The notes under the pieces: model-generated | The model's database searches: none | What the model was told of the DNA's origin: nothing | Seen by the model: only the letters and a program-made list of their open reading frames with translations | Program-made: the position numbers and the translations under genes | From: Candidatus Micrarchaeota archaeon | Lineage (GTDB): Archaea > Micrarchaeota > Micrarchaeia > Anstonellales > Bilamarchaeaceae | Assembly (NCBI GenBank): GCA_030613375.1 | Contig: JAUWMC010000002.1 | Coordinates: 1 to 51,146, forward strand | Direction of reading: 5' to 3' | DNA length: 51,146 nucleotides | Part shown: one piece after another, positions 33,236 through 42,611 of the stretch | How positions within the stretch are numbered: position 1 is the stretch's first letter | Layout of the letters: the number at the start of each line of letters is the position of its first letter

Positions 33236-33991
33236 TTGAAGGTGCTCCTTGAAATAATCTAAAGCATGCTCCTGGAAATGCCTGAATGATTCGTACCCGA
33301 ATTGTTTGCACAATCTTAGCATAAAGGGATGCGGGGAAAAGTGAGATACGGAAACTACATATCCTTCTAAATCCGCGGAAGCAAAGAGAGTGCGCACGTT
33401 CCCCCTTTTTCCCAGTATTTTCTTTACGTAGGAGGATTGCATTGCTTGTTCCTTGGAGATTATTCTTCCTTCTAAATTCTGGTGGAAAAAGTTGAAGTGG
33501 ATTTTCTTCTTTTCCACTTTTCCGGTGATTAGGTTTTTGAGGGGCTTCTCTATACTTACGGAAATCTTCATGTCCTTTCCATCAAATGCAACTTCATATT
33601 CATCTTTCTCAAAATGGGTAAAGAGAAAGCTGGAAAGGAACGGCCTTCCGGATTCCTGCCCAACTGTTTTGGAGAGCAAAACCAATTTGTCCCCTGAAAA
33701 GAATATTGAGCGTGTTGCTCCATGCGAAAAGTGGTTGCCCATCCTTTCCCCATCCAGCAAAATAGGCTGGAAATACTTGGTAGGAATTGCAAATGCAGTC
33801 CTTGCTTCAAATAAAGGAGTGGAAAGTTTGGTTGGCCATTTAAGTGAAGTGTAGAGATTTTTGGAAAGGGAGGGGAATTGGTCCAAGAAATCATGAGTTG
33901 TTTTTAGGCGTACCTGGTCCTCCCCCACCATCTTTTCAAGTAGGGTGAGATATTCGGAATTTGTGGATGCAATTTCGCAAATTTTGCACAT
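33227..33991 (-). CDS. hypothetical protein
   Basis: 254-aa ORF. Its ATG directly abuts the stop codon of the upstream FKBP gene, giving an operon-like arrangement. Confidence 0.6.
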   Translation of the reverse strand: MCKICEIASTNSEYLTLLEKMVGEDQVRLKTTHDFLDQFPSLSKNLYTSLKWPTKLSTPLFEARTAFAIPTKYFQPILLDGERMGNHFSHGATRSIFFSGDKLVLLSKTVGQESGRPFLSSFLFTHFEKDEYEVAFDGKDMKISVSIEKPLKNLITGKVEKKKIHFNFFHQNLEGRIISKEQAMQSSYVKKILGKRGNVRTLFASADLEGYVVSVSHFSPHPFMLRLCKQFGYESFRHFQEHALDYFKEHLQLS

Positions 33992-34639
33992 CTACTCTTC
34001 CTTCAAATCAACCTTTTTAATTCCTGGGATTTTAGATTTGACCGTAACCAAGAGCATTGCCTTGTGAAGTTCGTATTCCTGTCCTTCTTTTTTCTTGAGG
34101 GTTATATTGAGCTCGTTTTCTTTGGAAAGCTTAAAATCTCCTTCAAGTTCAAGATAAGAAATGAGTTCTTTTACCTTGTCCTCAGATTTTGAGTATACCT
34201 TGAGAAGGTTTAGGTGGTAATCTACTTCCTGTCCCGCAATAGGGTGATTAAAGTCTACCATTACTCTTCCTCCAGTTACGCTCTTTACTGTTCCATAGAG
34301 GCGGCCAGTATCCGTATCCACATGGATTACGAGGCCTGGTTCTGGATTTACCTGGTGTTTTGCAAATTCAGTTGAAGACATTATTTTTACAAGGTCTTTT
34401 TTCCTGTCTCCGAATGCCTGCTGAGAAGTAAGATGGATATCCTTTTCCTCACTTTCCTTCATTCCAAGAAGTGCATCGTAAATTCCGGGGATTAGCCGAT
34501 CCATTCCAAAAACTACCATGAGGGGACCTTCTTTTCCATGGAGCTTTTTTGCAATTTCTCCTTTTGTGGAATCAAATGTTCTTCCGTTCTGGTCTTTCCC
34601 TTCTAGCTCTAAGAGTATGAAATCTCCTTTTTCTACCAT
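33992..34639 (-). CDS. FKBP-type peptidyl-prolyl cis-trans isomerase, long archaeal type with insert-in-flap
   Basis: The product starts MVEKGDFILLELEGKDQNGRTFDST and contains NHPIAGQEVDYHLNLLKV. The start is trimmed to ATG 34639, which has TATA-like AATATAT about 33 nt upstream. The track ORF start of 34768 runs into the TnpB 3' flank. Confidence 0.85.
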   Translation of the reverse strand: MVEKGDFILLELEGKDQNGRTFDSTKGEIAKKLHGKEGPLMVVFGMDRLIPGIYDALLGMKESEEKDIHLTSQQAFGDRKKDLVKIMSSTEFAKHQVNPEPGLVIHVDTDTGRLYGTVKSVTGGRVMVDFNHPIAGQEVDYHLNLLKVYSKSEDKVKELISYLELEGDFKLSKENELNITLKKKEGQEYELHKAMLLVTVKSKIPGIKKVDLKEE

Positions 34640-34689
34640 AGTTAACACCAAATAATCAAGAGGATTTAGCATATATTGTGGCGGTGCTC

Positions 34690-34900
34690 TGTGGCTACTC
34701 CCCGCCCTAAAGGACGGGGCTTCTCCTTCACAAATAGATCTTCCTGATTCATAGAGATACTTGCCCATTATACTTTATAATGGTAGAGGCATCTTCTCAG
34801 CAGGCTTTACTTCCCCGCGCCCACGGGTAGCTTGTTTAGAGCCTGAATGTCTATCACCTAGAGATAGGCCCAGAGCTCGTTTGAGTATATTTTTAGCTGC
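34690..34900 (-). ncRNA. candidate omega-RNA (reRNA) region covering the tnpB 3' end and right end
   Basis: The call is positional, by analogy with characterised TnpB systems. The 8-bp hairpin at 34700-34719 contains one pair that is G-U only in the tnpB sense and a C-A mismatch on the other strand. Confidence 0.3.
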
Positions 34901-35923
34901 ATTGAGGTCCCTATGCATAATTGCTCCACAAGAACAATTATGCCACCTCTCCGCAAGCGTTTTCTTTCGTATTAAACCACAACTGCTGCACTCCTGAGAA
35001 GTGTGGGCAGGATTCACAAGAACAACTTCAGAACCAGCTTCCTCCGCTTTGTAGTGAAGCATTTCCCTAAACTCTGCCCAGCTGCAGTCCAATATGTGTT
35101 TTGCAAGGAAACCTTTGCTCAATCCGTTTACATTTAGGTCTTCCATTGCAAGTAAAGAATATGAATTAACCAGCTTCCTGCTGGTTTTGTGAAGAAAATC
35201 CCTTCTGTTGTTGGTAACTTTTTCATATGCTCTGGCTACCCTTAGTTTTGCCTTTCTCCTGTTTTTGCTTCCTTTCTTTTTTCCTGAGAATGATTTTTGA
35301 GCTTGTTTTAGCTTATTTTCTGCTTTCCTCAGGTGTCTTGGATTTATGATTACAGAATCATTGCTTAAATATCCAAAATTCTGTATTCCCAGATCAATTC
35401 CCACTTTTGCACCTTTGTTGCATCTCGGAGTTATTTCAACTTCTGAAGTAAACACTGCACACCATTTTCCAGATGGCACTCGTTTTATTGTGAGGGTCTT
35501 GATTTTTCCTTTTAGTTCCCTGTGTTTTTTGATTTGTATTTCTCCCAATTTTGAGAGTAAAAGTTGTTTGTTTAACTTGAATCCAAACTGGGGATAAGTA
35601 AATGATTTCATTCGTTCTGTTGGCTTGAACCTAGGAAAACCTACTTTTCCGCCTTTTTTCTTTGTTGCAAACATTCCTTTTAGGGCCTTAACAAGCTTAT
35701 CTGCCACGTTTTGAGATACCTGGGAAAATAGTTTGGTTTTCTTTTTTGTTAGGGTATAAAGTTGTTTTCTTGTTGGGAATCTCTTGGTTTTTTCATAATG
35801 TTCTTTTGTATATTCCAGAAGAAAATTCCATAGGTTTTTGCATTCGTATAGGTAAAACTGAAACTCTTTTTCTTGTTCTTTTGTTGGGTAGATTCTGTAC
35901 TTCCAGCTACGTATTACTATCAT
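34775..35923 (-). CDS. tnpB: TnpB (IS200/IS605-family OrfB) RNA-guided nuclease
   Basis: 382 aa. The RuvC triad is present in VGIDLGI, LAMEDLNV and HRDLNAAKNI. A zinc finger CSSCG...CSCG is also present. Confidence 0.9.
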   Translation of the reverse strand: MIVIRSWKYRIYPTKEQEKEFQFYLYECKNLWNFLLEYTKEHYEKTKRFPTRKQLYTLTKKKTKLFSQVSQNVADKLVKALKGMFATKKKGGKVGFPRFKPTERMKSFTYPQFGFKLNKQLLLSKLGEIQIKKHRELKGKIKTLTIKRVPSGKWCAVFTSEVEITPRCNKGAKVGIDLGIQNFGYLSNDSVIINPRHLRKAENKLKQAQKSFSGKKKGSKNRRKAKLRVARAYEKVTNNRRDFLHKTSRKLVNSYSLLAMEDLNVNGLSKGFLAKHILDCSWAEFREMLHYKAEEAGSEVVLVNPAHTSQECSSCGLIRKKTLAERWHNCSCGAIMHRDLNAAKNILKRALGLSLGDRHSGSKQATRGRGEVKPAEKMPLPL

Positions 35924-36174
35924 TGAACTTATCTGGGTTTTAGAGATTTATAAATGAAAGGAAAGTAGGCTTCCACTGAGTCTGGGTCAAAGACCCAAGG
36001 CTAAATCATGAAGCTTGCTTCACGAGATGTAACTGAAGGTTACACAGAGCCCATGGATTTCTTGAGTTCTTCTGAACTCAAGAGTATTTACCGTAAGGTA
36101 AATCTGATCTTGACCGCTACTAGCATAAGAACGCTTTAAAAGTGTTTTTGCTTAACTTTAATCCGGTGCTTTTG

Positions 36175-37266
36175 ATGAATAAAAGCTTGATAGTTAAAGT
36201 ATTAGTTGTATTTTTAGCGCTTCTTTTCCTTATGGAACCCCTTGCAATGAGTGTTAGGAACTGGTCGGGAAACGACGGCGGAGATGCCACCATTTACACT
36301 GGAACAGCAAATGTGAACGTGAGCATTTATTCTTATGGGGCATTCCTGTACATTCAAGCTCCTTCTGAAGTCCAGATAAGCCAAATTTCCGGGAACCCCG
36401 AAGTGCTAAGCCTGGAAGAAGTGGAAGAAGGAAGCGGATTTTACAGGGCTACTCTCAGGGATTCTGCAAAAAACATGGAAATATATAACGGGTTCAAAAA
36501 TTTGGGGATAAACAGCTTTGCGATGGCCCAGATAGGGCTTCCTGATGAATACAGCATTGAACTTGCAAATGAAACCAAAATGGAGATACAAGGAGGCTAT
36601 CAGCAGATGATGATGGAGCCTTTGATAGAAACAGGAAGAAAAGTAAGTTATATGCTTGCGGTGGAAACAGACGGGATAATCACCTACCGCATCATTGACG
36701 CAAAAAGCTATTACTCTAATGTTGAGCTTTCAGGAGAAGGCACAATCGTTGGTGCAAACACTAGTGCATACGCATTCATGATTCCCTGGGAGAACAGAGA
36801 TCTTGTGATTGAAGAGATTATTGAAGAATATGGAGAGGAAAACGTGGTTTATGAAAGAAAAGATTATGTTGTATTCGAACCTCCACTCTCCTCAACAGAA
36901 ACAATGTTCATGAAAACTGAATACGTAACATATATCTCTGAGGGAAGCGCAAGCCTGCTTGAAAACTTCACGAACAAAACCCTGGCAGATCAGGATTTCG
37001 GAGGAAGGGCAACCTTCCCGGATTCTACTCTAAGGATTATTGCTGAGGAAGTTCCTGACCTGGAGTTTGAGTATGAACAGGTAAAAACCTACAATTTGGA
37101 GCTCCCCAATACCTTTGATGGGTATTTGCTTGAAGCTGGAGAAATAGAAGTTGCATCCAATCTTGATTTTGATGAGGGTGAAACTGCACTGGTTAGCTTT
37201 AACGCAACAGTTACCGGAGATATGGTTCTCGGGGTAATGGAAGTATACCTCAATAAGATGAATTAG
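36175..37266 (+). CDS. membrane-anchored or secreted acidic protein, function unknown
   Basis: The N-terminal hydrophobic helix is MNKSLIVKVLVVFLALLFLMEPLA. GTG 36142 is an alternative start. Confidence 0.6.
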   Translation: MNKSLIVKVLVVFLALLFLMEPLAMSVRNWSGNDGGDATIYTGTANVNVSIYSYGAFLYIQAPSEVQISQISGNPEVLSLEEVEEGSGFYRATLRDSAKNMEIYNGFKNLGINSFAMAQIGLPDEYSIELANETKMEIQGGYQQMMMEPLIETGRKVSYMLAVETDGIITYRIIDAKSYYSNVELSGEGTIVGANTSAYAFMIPWENRDLVIEEIIEEYGEENVVYERKDYVVFEPPLSSTETMFMKTEYVTYISEGSASLLENFTNKTLADQDFGGRATFPDSTLRIIAEEVPDLEFEYEQVKTYNLELPNTFDGYLLEAGEIEVASNLDFDEGETALVSFNATVTGDMVLGVMEVYLNKMN

Positions 37267-40200
37267 GCTGCGGGAGCCTCATGAATTTCCGGAGCTTCAA
37301 TTCCCTCTTTTTCTAATTTTACCCCAACTATTTTTGAGACTCCATCTACTCTGCTTACTCCCAATACTGCACTGGCCATCCCCATCATTATATCATTGTG
37401 GCTTACAACAAGAAATTGGGACTGGGGCGCAAGCTCCGTGAGAAGTTTTGCGAGATTCTTTGTATTCACTTTGTCCAGGGGGGCATCTACCTCATCCAGT
37501 ACATAGAAAGGAGAGGGTTTGTAGAACTGGAGTGCGAATACAAACATAAGCGCAACCAGGCTCTTTTCTCCCCCTGAAAGGGATTCAAGCGAATGGTCGC
37601 GGTTGTTCCTCCTTACCTTTATGTAAAGACCTGATTCGAACGGAGTGGAGGGTTTGTCTAAGTATAGATGACCCTCTCCAACATTAATAAGCGTAAAGAG
37701 TTTCTGGAACTGTTTATCTACCTCGTGGAAAGTCTCGAAGAATGCTTCTTTTTTCTTTTCCTCAATTCCTGAAATCATATCGATTACTGCTTCCTTTTCC
37801 ACACGAAGTTTCTCAATCTTTTCCTGCATTTCGGATACTTCCTTTGATTTTTCTTCGTACATTTCCGGAGCTGCAAGGTTTACTGCACCTAATTCGGAAA
37901 TTAGGGATTCTGCAGAACGCATCATCTGGGTAAGCTGTTCCTTTCCTCCTTCCAAAGGTTCAACCTCATTGTATTCTTCAAATTCCGCCTGCAGGTCTAC
38001 GAAGCGCGTATCCAAATTCTCCATTTCCACATCTGAAACTGTTATGGTTTTTTCATGCCTGGAAAGCTCAATTTGGAATTCCCCTCTTCTTTCTCCAAGC
38101 TCCTGGAGCTTTTGCTCAAATGCGTTCATCTGAGTAATAAGTCTCTTGATTGCTGCATTTGAAGCTCCGAGCCTTTCTTCAATCCTAGAAAGATCGTCTT
38201 CTCTTCTTTTGATCTGGGAAACAAGCTGCTTTGTCCTGGAATCTTGCTCTTCCTTTTCTTTTGCGGTGCGGTTCAACCTGGATTCTCGGTCTTTTATGCC
38301 ATCGGTCCTTACTTCAAATTCCCTTTTCTTTGAATCCGCTTGGGCACGCAGAGAAGAGTAAAGCTTTGTTTTGTCCTCCCGTTCTTTCTCCATTGATTCC
38401 AAACGTGAAGATTCATTTTCTATTGCTTTCTGAAGATTTTCTTTCGAGGTAATGATGGAAGCGTCAAGTTCCCCGTGTTTCTTTTCATAAGAGGCTAATT
38501 TGGAAGTAGAAAGTTCTATGGATTTTTCCAGTTTGCGCATCTCATCTTTTATTTCACCCGCACGCATTTCCTTCTTTTTCCTTTCCTCCAGCTTTTCCTG
38601 AACAGATTCAAATTCCACTTCTTTCTTCTTAACTGCAATTTCTGTTTCTGCCTTTTCCCTGCGAAAAGAAGACATTTCGTCCCTTATCGCAGAAAGGTCA
38701 TCGATAAGTCCGGTTTTGCGTGATTTTACTGCTTCAAGCTCTGCCTCCATTTTGGAAAGTTGGGCTGCGGAAGCAACTCCCCCCCTTGTTTTTCCTCCTG
38801 TAATTATGCCAGATTTTTCAAAAAGGTCGCCATCTGTTGTGACCATGCGCTCCTTTGTGATCCCATGCTTTTTTGCTTCATTTGAATCTTTTACGAGAAG
38901 TGTATTCCCAAATGCAAAGTTGATTGCGTTTGAATATTTTGAATTGAACGTTATGAAGTCTACAAGGGGACCCATTCCCCCCTTTGCATTTATCTGAGGG
39001 GAATTCACTTCTTTAAGCGGGATAAATGTTGCCCTTCCTCTTCCTGCTTTCTTCAAGTGGGAGATTATTTTTACTGCGACATCTGCGGAATCCACCACCA
39101 CATAAAGAAGACGGCCCCCTCCTGCTGCATCAATTGCCTTTGAGTATTCGGGCTTGAATTCAATAAGTTCCGCAACTGTTCCGTGGATCCCACCTAGATT
39201 TCCGCTTTCCTTTAATTCGGAAATAAATTGGAGTGCGGGGTTGCGCACACGCGCAGAAGTCTGTGCGCGGAGGGTTGCAACCTTCTCCCTTAGGGAAAGG
39301 AGCTCCCGGTCAAGGCCTGCATTTTCTGCATTCAATTCCTTTTCCCGTGAAAAGAGGCGGTCCTGTGCATCTATCGCACCCCTGAGTTTCCTGCGGAGAT
39401 CTTCAATATCCGCTTCCATGTTTTCCCCTGAGGAAACTTCGGAAATTCCCTCATCTTCCAGAGTTCTTTTCTTTTCTGCAATAAGTGACTGGGATTTTTC
39501 TATTTCCCCTTTAAGAATAAGGGCCTGTTCACGAATGCGGGTGCGCTCATCTTCCAAATCCTCCATGGATTTTCTTAGTGCGGAAACTTCTGCGCTTTCT
39601 CTGTGCTCCAAGCGTAAACTCTCGAGCGGAACCATCTGAGTTCTTAGCTCTTTTTCCTCTTCGGAAAGGGATTGAAGAATCTTTTTCTCAGATGAGATTT
39701 CCTTTTCAAGAGATTCGAGCGAAGCAATTAGCTTCTGAAGAGATTCTTCAGATTCCTGAAGGGATTCCTTCTTTGAGGTGATTTCCGCCTTTGTCTTTTC
39801 CAGTTCCCGGAAAAGCTTTTCCCTTTCCTCCTTTGCACCTATTTCTGCAGAGATTTTCGCTTTTTTATCTTCTTCGTTCTTTACTTCTGCTTCGATTTTC
39901 TCCATTTCCTTCCTTATGGATTCAATGCCTTTTTTCGCATCTTCAAGTGAATTGAGTATTTTCTTTTTCTTCTTCTCTGCGTTCTTGAGCTCAAGCTGGA
40001 TGATTGAAGCTTTTGCGCGCTTTACGGTTTCAGATGCAGAAGAATAGCTAAGAGCGTGTTCTCTTTCGGATTCCAGCTCCTTCAAAAATGCAGTACGTTC
40101 TCCAAGCACGAGGTTTGAGTCTCTAACCCTTCCCTCTACGATTTCAAGTTCTCTAAGCGCCTCTTTCTTTTTTGCCTCGAAATCAGCAATCCCTGCAACA

Positions 40201-40643
40201 GCATCAATTATTCCCCTTCTTTCCCTTCCGCTTATCTCTACTACGCGCTGAACCTCCCCCTGGGCGATTATGTTCCTTCCGCTTGAATCCAGGTTGTATT
40301 TTTTCAGGAGCTCCAGAATTGAGGTACGTGTAGTTTTTTTTCCGTTGAGCATGTAGCGGACTTTTCCATCTTCCTTTATTGCACGCCTTAATTCGTATTT
40401 TTTATCATCCTGAAAATTTAGTATCACTTCCGCAATTTTGGAATTGTGGCAAATTAGGTCTTTTACCTTGCGTGCACGAAGAGACTTTAGGGATTTTTCT
40501 CCGAGTGCAAACCTTACTGCATCCAGCACATTGGTTTTTCCACTCCCATTAGGCCCCGCAAGGCAGATGAAATCGTGCGGCAGCTCAATGTCTGCCTTTT
40601 TGAACGACTTAAAACCCCTGAGCTTTATGCTGGAAATGTGCAT
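37263..40643 (-). CDS. smc: chromosome segregation protein SMC
   Basis: Walker A is LAGPNGSGKTNVLDAV. Long coiled coils and a hinge are present. The C-terminus has the signature LSGGEKSLVALMFVFAL and Walker B FYVLDEVDAPLD. Length is 1126 aa. Confidence 0.95.
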   Translation of the reverse strand: MHISSIKLRGFKSFKKADIELPHDFICLAGPNGSGKTNVLDAVRFALGEKSLKSLRARKVKDLICHNSKIAEVILNFQDDKKYELRRAIKEDGKVRYMLNGKKTTRTSILELLKKYNLDSSGRNIIAQGEVQRVVEISGRERRGIIDAVAGIADFEAKKKEALRELEIVEGRVRDSNLVLGERTAFLKELESEREHALSYSSASETVKRAKASIIQLELKNAEKKKKKILNSLEDAKKGIESIRKEMEKIEAEVKNEEDKKAKISAEIGAKEEREKLFRELEKTKAEITSKKESLQESEESLQKLIASLESLEKEISSEKKILQSLSEEEKELRTQMVPLESLRLEHRESAEVSALRKSMEDLEDERTRIREQALILKGEIEKSQSLIAEKKRTLEDEGISEVSSGENMEADIEDLRRKLRGAIDAQDRLFSREKELNAENAGLDRELLSLREKVATLRAQTSARVRNPALQFISELKESGNLGGIHGTVAELIEFKPEYSKAIDAAGGGRLLYVVVDSADVAVKIISHLKKAGRGRATFIPLKEVNSPQINAKGGMGPLVDFITFNSKYSNAINFAFGNTLLVKDSNEAKKHGITKERMVTTDGDLFEKSGIITGGKTRGGVASAAQLSKMEAELEAVKSRKTGLIDDLSAIRDEMSSFRREKAETEIAVKKKEVEFESVQEKLEERKKKEMRAGEIKDEMRKLEKSIELSTSKLASYEKKHGELDASIITSKENLQKAIENESSRLESMEKEREDKTKLYSSLRAQADSKKREFEVRTDGIKDRESRLNRTAKEKEEQDSRTKQLVSQIKRREDDLSRIEERLGASNAAIKRLITQMNAFEQKLQELGERRGEFQIELSRHEKTITVSDVEMENLDTRFVDLQAEFEEYNEVEPLEGGKEQLTQMMRSAESLISELGAVNLAAPEMYEEKSKEVSEMQEKIEKLRVEKEAVIDMISGIEEKKKEAFFETFHEVDKQFQKLFTLINVGEGHLYLDKPSTPFESGLYIKVRRNNRDHSLESLSGGEKSLVALMFVFALQFYKPSPFYVLDEVDAPLDKVNTKNLAKLLTELAPQSQFLVVSHNDIMMGMASAVLGVSRVDGVSKIVGVKLEKEGIEAPEIHEAPAA

Positions 40644-40902
40644 GGTGCCTTACCTTGTAACGTCAGTATATTCGACATTTTGGTTTAAAAAGCCTTCGGA
40701 GGATTGCTTCAGAAAAAAGGGTTTTTGGAGGTAAATGTAAGTGTTATTCCAACAAAAAAATTTGTAGCTAGGGTTAAAAAGTAGGAGACACAAAAGTGAT
40801 AATTGGTACTGCTTAGTCTGGGGAAGGTAAAAATTACGCGACCAGAAATTGGAATTTCAAAACGTGTGAGATTTCAAAAGGTCTCGGGAAGGATGTGATA
40901 AA

Positions 40903-41628
40903 ATGGCTAAGTTCTTTATAGCAGGATGCTTTGCAGACAATCTAATAATGGATAAGGACGATAATACGATAGAGAAGAAAGATGGTGGACCGGCTTACTT
41001 CATTAAAAACGTATTTGATGAGATCGGGGAAGATTATGAACTTGCAAAGAGCAAGAAGGGAATAATCGAGATCCATATTGAAAATATGGAGGAAACGGGT
41101 AGGTTCCCCCTTGCGTGCAAGATGACTCATACGCCAATTACTTCCAACGTGGTTCTCGCATATGCAGTTTCCAATGAGGTTTGTATAGATAAATTAAAGG
41201 GAGATTTTAGTGAGATTTATGTGGATTCCCGCGGATTTGTCCGAGATCCTAAGACTTTTGGAGGAAAGAAAAACTGGTGCGTAAAAAACGTTGAGAAGAT
41301 AAAGGTGCTGAAAACAACTCCTCTGGAAATGCAATATGTTCCCGAGAACTTACTTTCCCATATAAAGAAGAATGGGGTTCTTGTTGTGATCAAGGGTGAG
41401 GGAAAAATTAGCGTAACCGAAGGTGGGAACGAGCATGAGTATTTCCTTGAAGATCCTTCCGCATGCGCCTCAATAGGGGCAAGGGAAACCTTTTTTGCAG
41501 CATTCGCTTCTGAATACTCCAAAAACAGGGATCCCAAAAAAGCAATGGACTTTGCAGTAGGACATTGCAAAAAGTTCATGAAAAAGGATGATGAAGATAA
41601 ACAGGAGGAAGAAAAGCCTCCTGAATAA
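40903..41628 (+). CDS. short PfkB/ribokinase-like protein with a degenerate active-site motif
   Basis: 241 aa. GGPAYF lies near the N-terminus. IGARETFFAAFA occupies the position of DTTGAGDAF, so GAGD is replaced by GARE. Confidence 0.4.
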   Translation: MAKFFIAGCFADNLIMDKDDNTIEKKDGGPAYFIKNVFDEIGEDYELAKSKKGIIEIHIENMEETGRFPLACKMTHTPITSNVVLAYAVSNEVCIDKLKGDFSEIYVDSRGFVRDPKTFGGKKNWCVKNVEKIKVLKTTPLEMQYVPENLLSHIKKNGVLVVIKGEGKISVTEGGNEHEYFLEDPSACASIGARETFFAAFASEYSKNRDPKKAMDFAVGHCKKFMKKDDEDKQEEEKPPE

Positions 41629-41634
41629 TTTTCT

Positions 41635-42576
41635 TTAATAGTTTGATTTTTTCGGTGTATCCCAGACTCTTGCTGTTGTTTTGCTGGATATCCTTATGTC
41701 TTTTGCTTTCTGGAACTTGTCCAGGATTTCCTTGAATACCGGATCCACGTGTGTTCTCCGATGTTTTGCATCCACTATGAACCTCAATCTTAGCTCAATC
41801 CAGTTGTCTGTAGGAATTACGTAAACCGTGGGCTTTACGTCTCTGGGCTCCAGGAGATACTTATAGGTCATTTTCTTCAATTGCCTGGTGCTTTTTTCAA
41901 CAAATTGTCTTGTGATCTTATTTGCTGCATTTTCCATTATTCCCGTTGCTTTCTTGAGGTTGCTGCTGTAGGTAATAGGGAGCATCAACTCTTCCCAAAT
42001 AAATCCAAAATCCCTTGAGTAGTTAGTTACTACCTTCTCCAATACAAAAGAGTTGGGAATCCCCTTGATCTTTCCCGTGAACTGATCATAATTTGCATCT
42101 CCCCCTATCTCCATAAGTTTCGTATACATCAATTCGATATCTATTACGTCCCCGCTCACTCCATCTATTTCTATTCTGTCCCCTGCTTCATACGGCCTTA
42201 CTGTGATTAAGGTGAGGAAACCTACTAAATTCATTAAAGGTCGTTGGAGAGCAATTGCAATTCCTGCCCCGATAAAACCCATTGCAACTACCAGACTTTG
42301 GGTCTGCTCAATCCAAATCCCCATTGCAATTATGATTGTGACTACGTAGATTAGATAACTGGAAATCTTTGCAAGAAAATACCTTACCTTAAAGAGCTTG
42401 ATTCTCGCAACTATGCCCCCTACCAGTGAATCCAAAAGTAATGCAAAAGAAATTATTGCAAGGGTTTCCACCGCCTTTACTAATAGAGGGTCATTTGGAT
42501 AGAAAATAGGCGCATATTGTGATGCGACAAGAAAAATAACGAATAGTATGAGGAGACCTATCTTTTTCAGCAGCAT
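41635..42576 (-). CDS. small-conductance mechanosensitive channel MscS
   Basis: N-terminal TM helices are followed by YEAGDRIEIDGVSGDVIDIELMYTKLMEIGG, the MscS beta-domain signature. Confidence 0.85.
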   Translation of the reverse strand: MLLKKIGLLILFVIFLVASQYAPIFYPNDPLLVKAVETLAIISFALLLDSLVGGIVARIKLFKVRYFLAKISSYLIYVVTIIIAMGIWIEQTQSLVVAMGFIGAGIAIALQRPLMNLVGFLTLITVRPYEAGDRIEIDGVSGDVIDIELMYTKLMEIGGDANYDQFTGKIKGIPNSFVLEKVVTNYSRDFGFIWEELMLPITYSSNLKKATGIMENAANKITRQFVEKSTRQLKKMTYKYLLEPRDVKPTVYVIPTDNWIELRLRFIVDAKHRRTHVDPVFKEILDKFQKAKDIRISSKTTARVWDTPKKSNY

Positions 42577-42611
42577 AAGTGAAAAAAGGAGGGAAAAAAT
42601 AAAAGGGTTGC

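Larger units (their letters stand above)
34690..36000 (-). mobile_element. solo-TnpB IS200/IS605-type (IS1341-like) element; approximate ends only
   Basis: No TnpA gene is present. Subterminal hairpins flank tnpB: downstream at 34700-34719, and upstream at 35983-35997. The ends are not mapped. Confidence 0.4.

Noticed and set aside
33992-34768. The N-terminal 43-aa extension of the FKBP ORF
   Set aside because: FKBP homologues start at M-x-KGD. The extension covers the GC hairpin and the TnpB 3' flank, and a TATA box sits about 33 nt upstream of the internal ATG at 34639.
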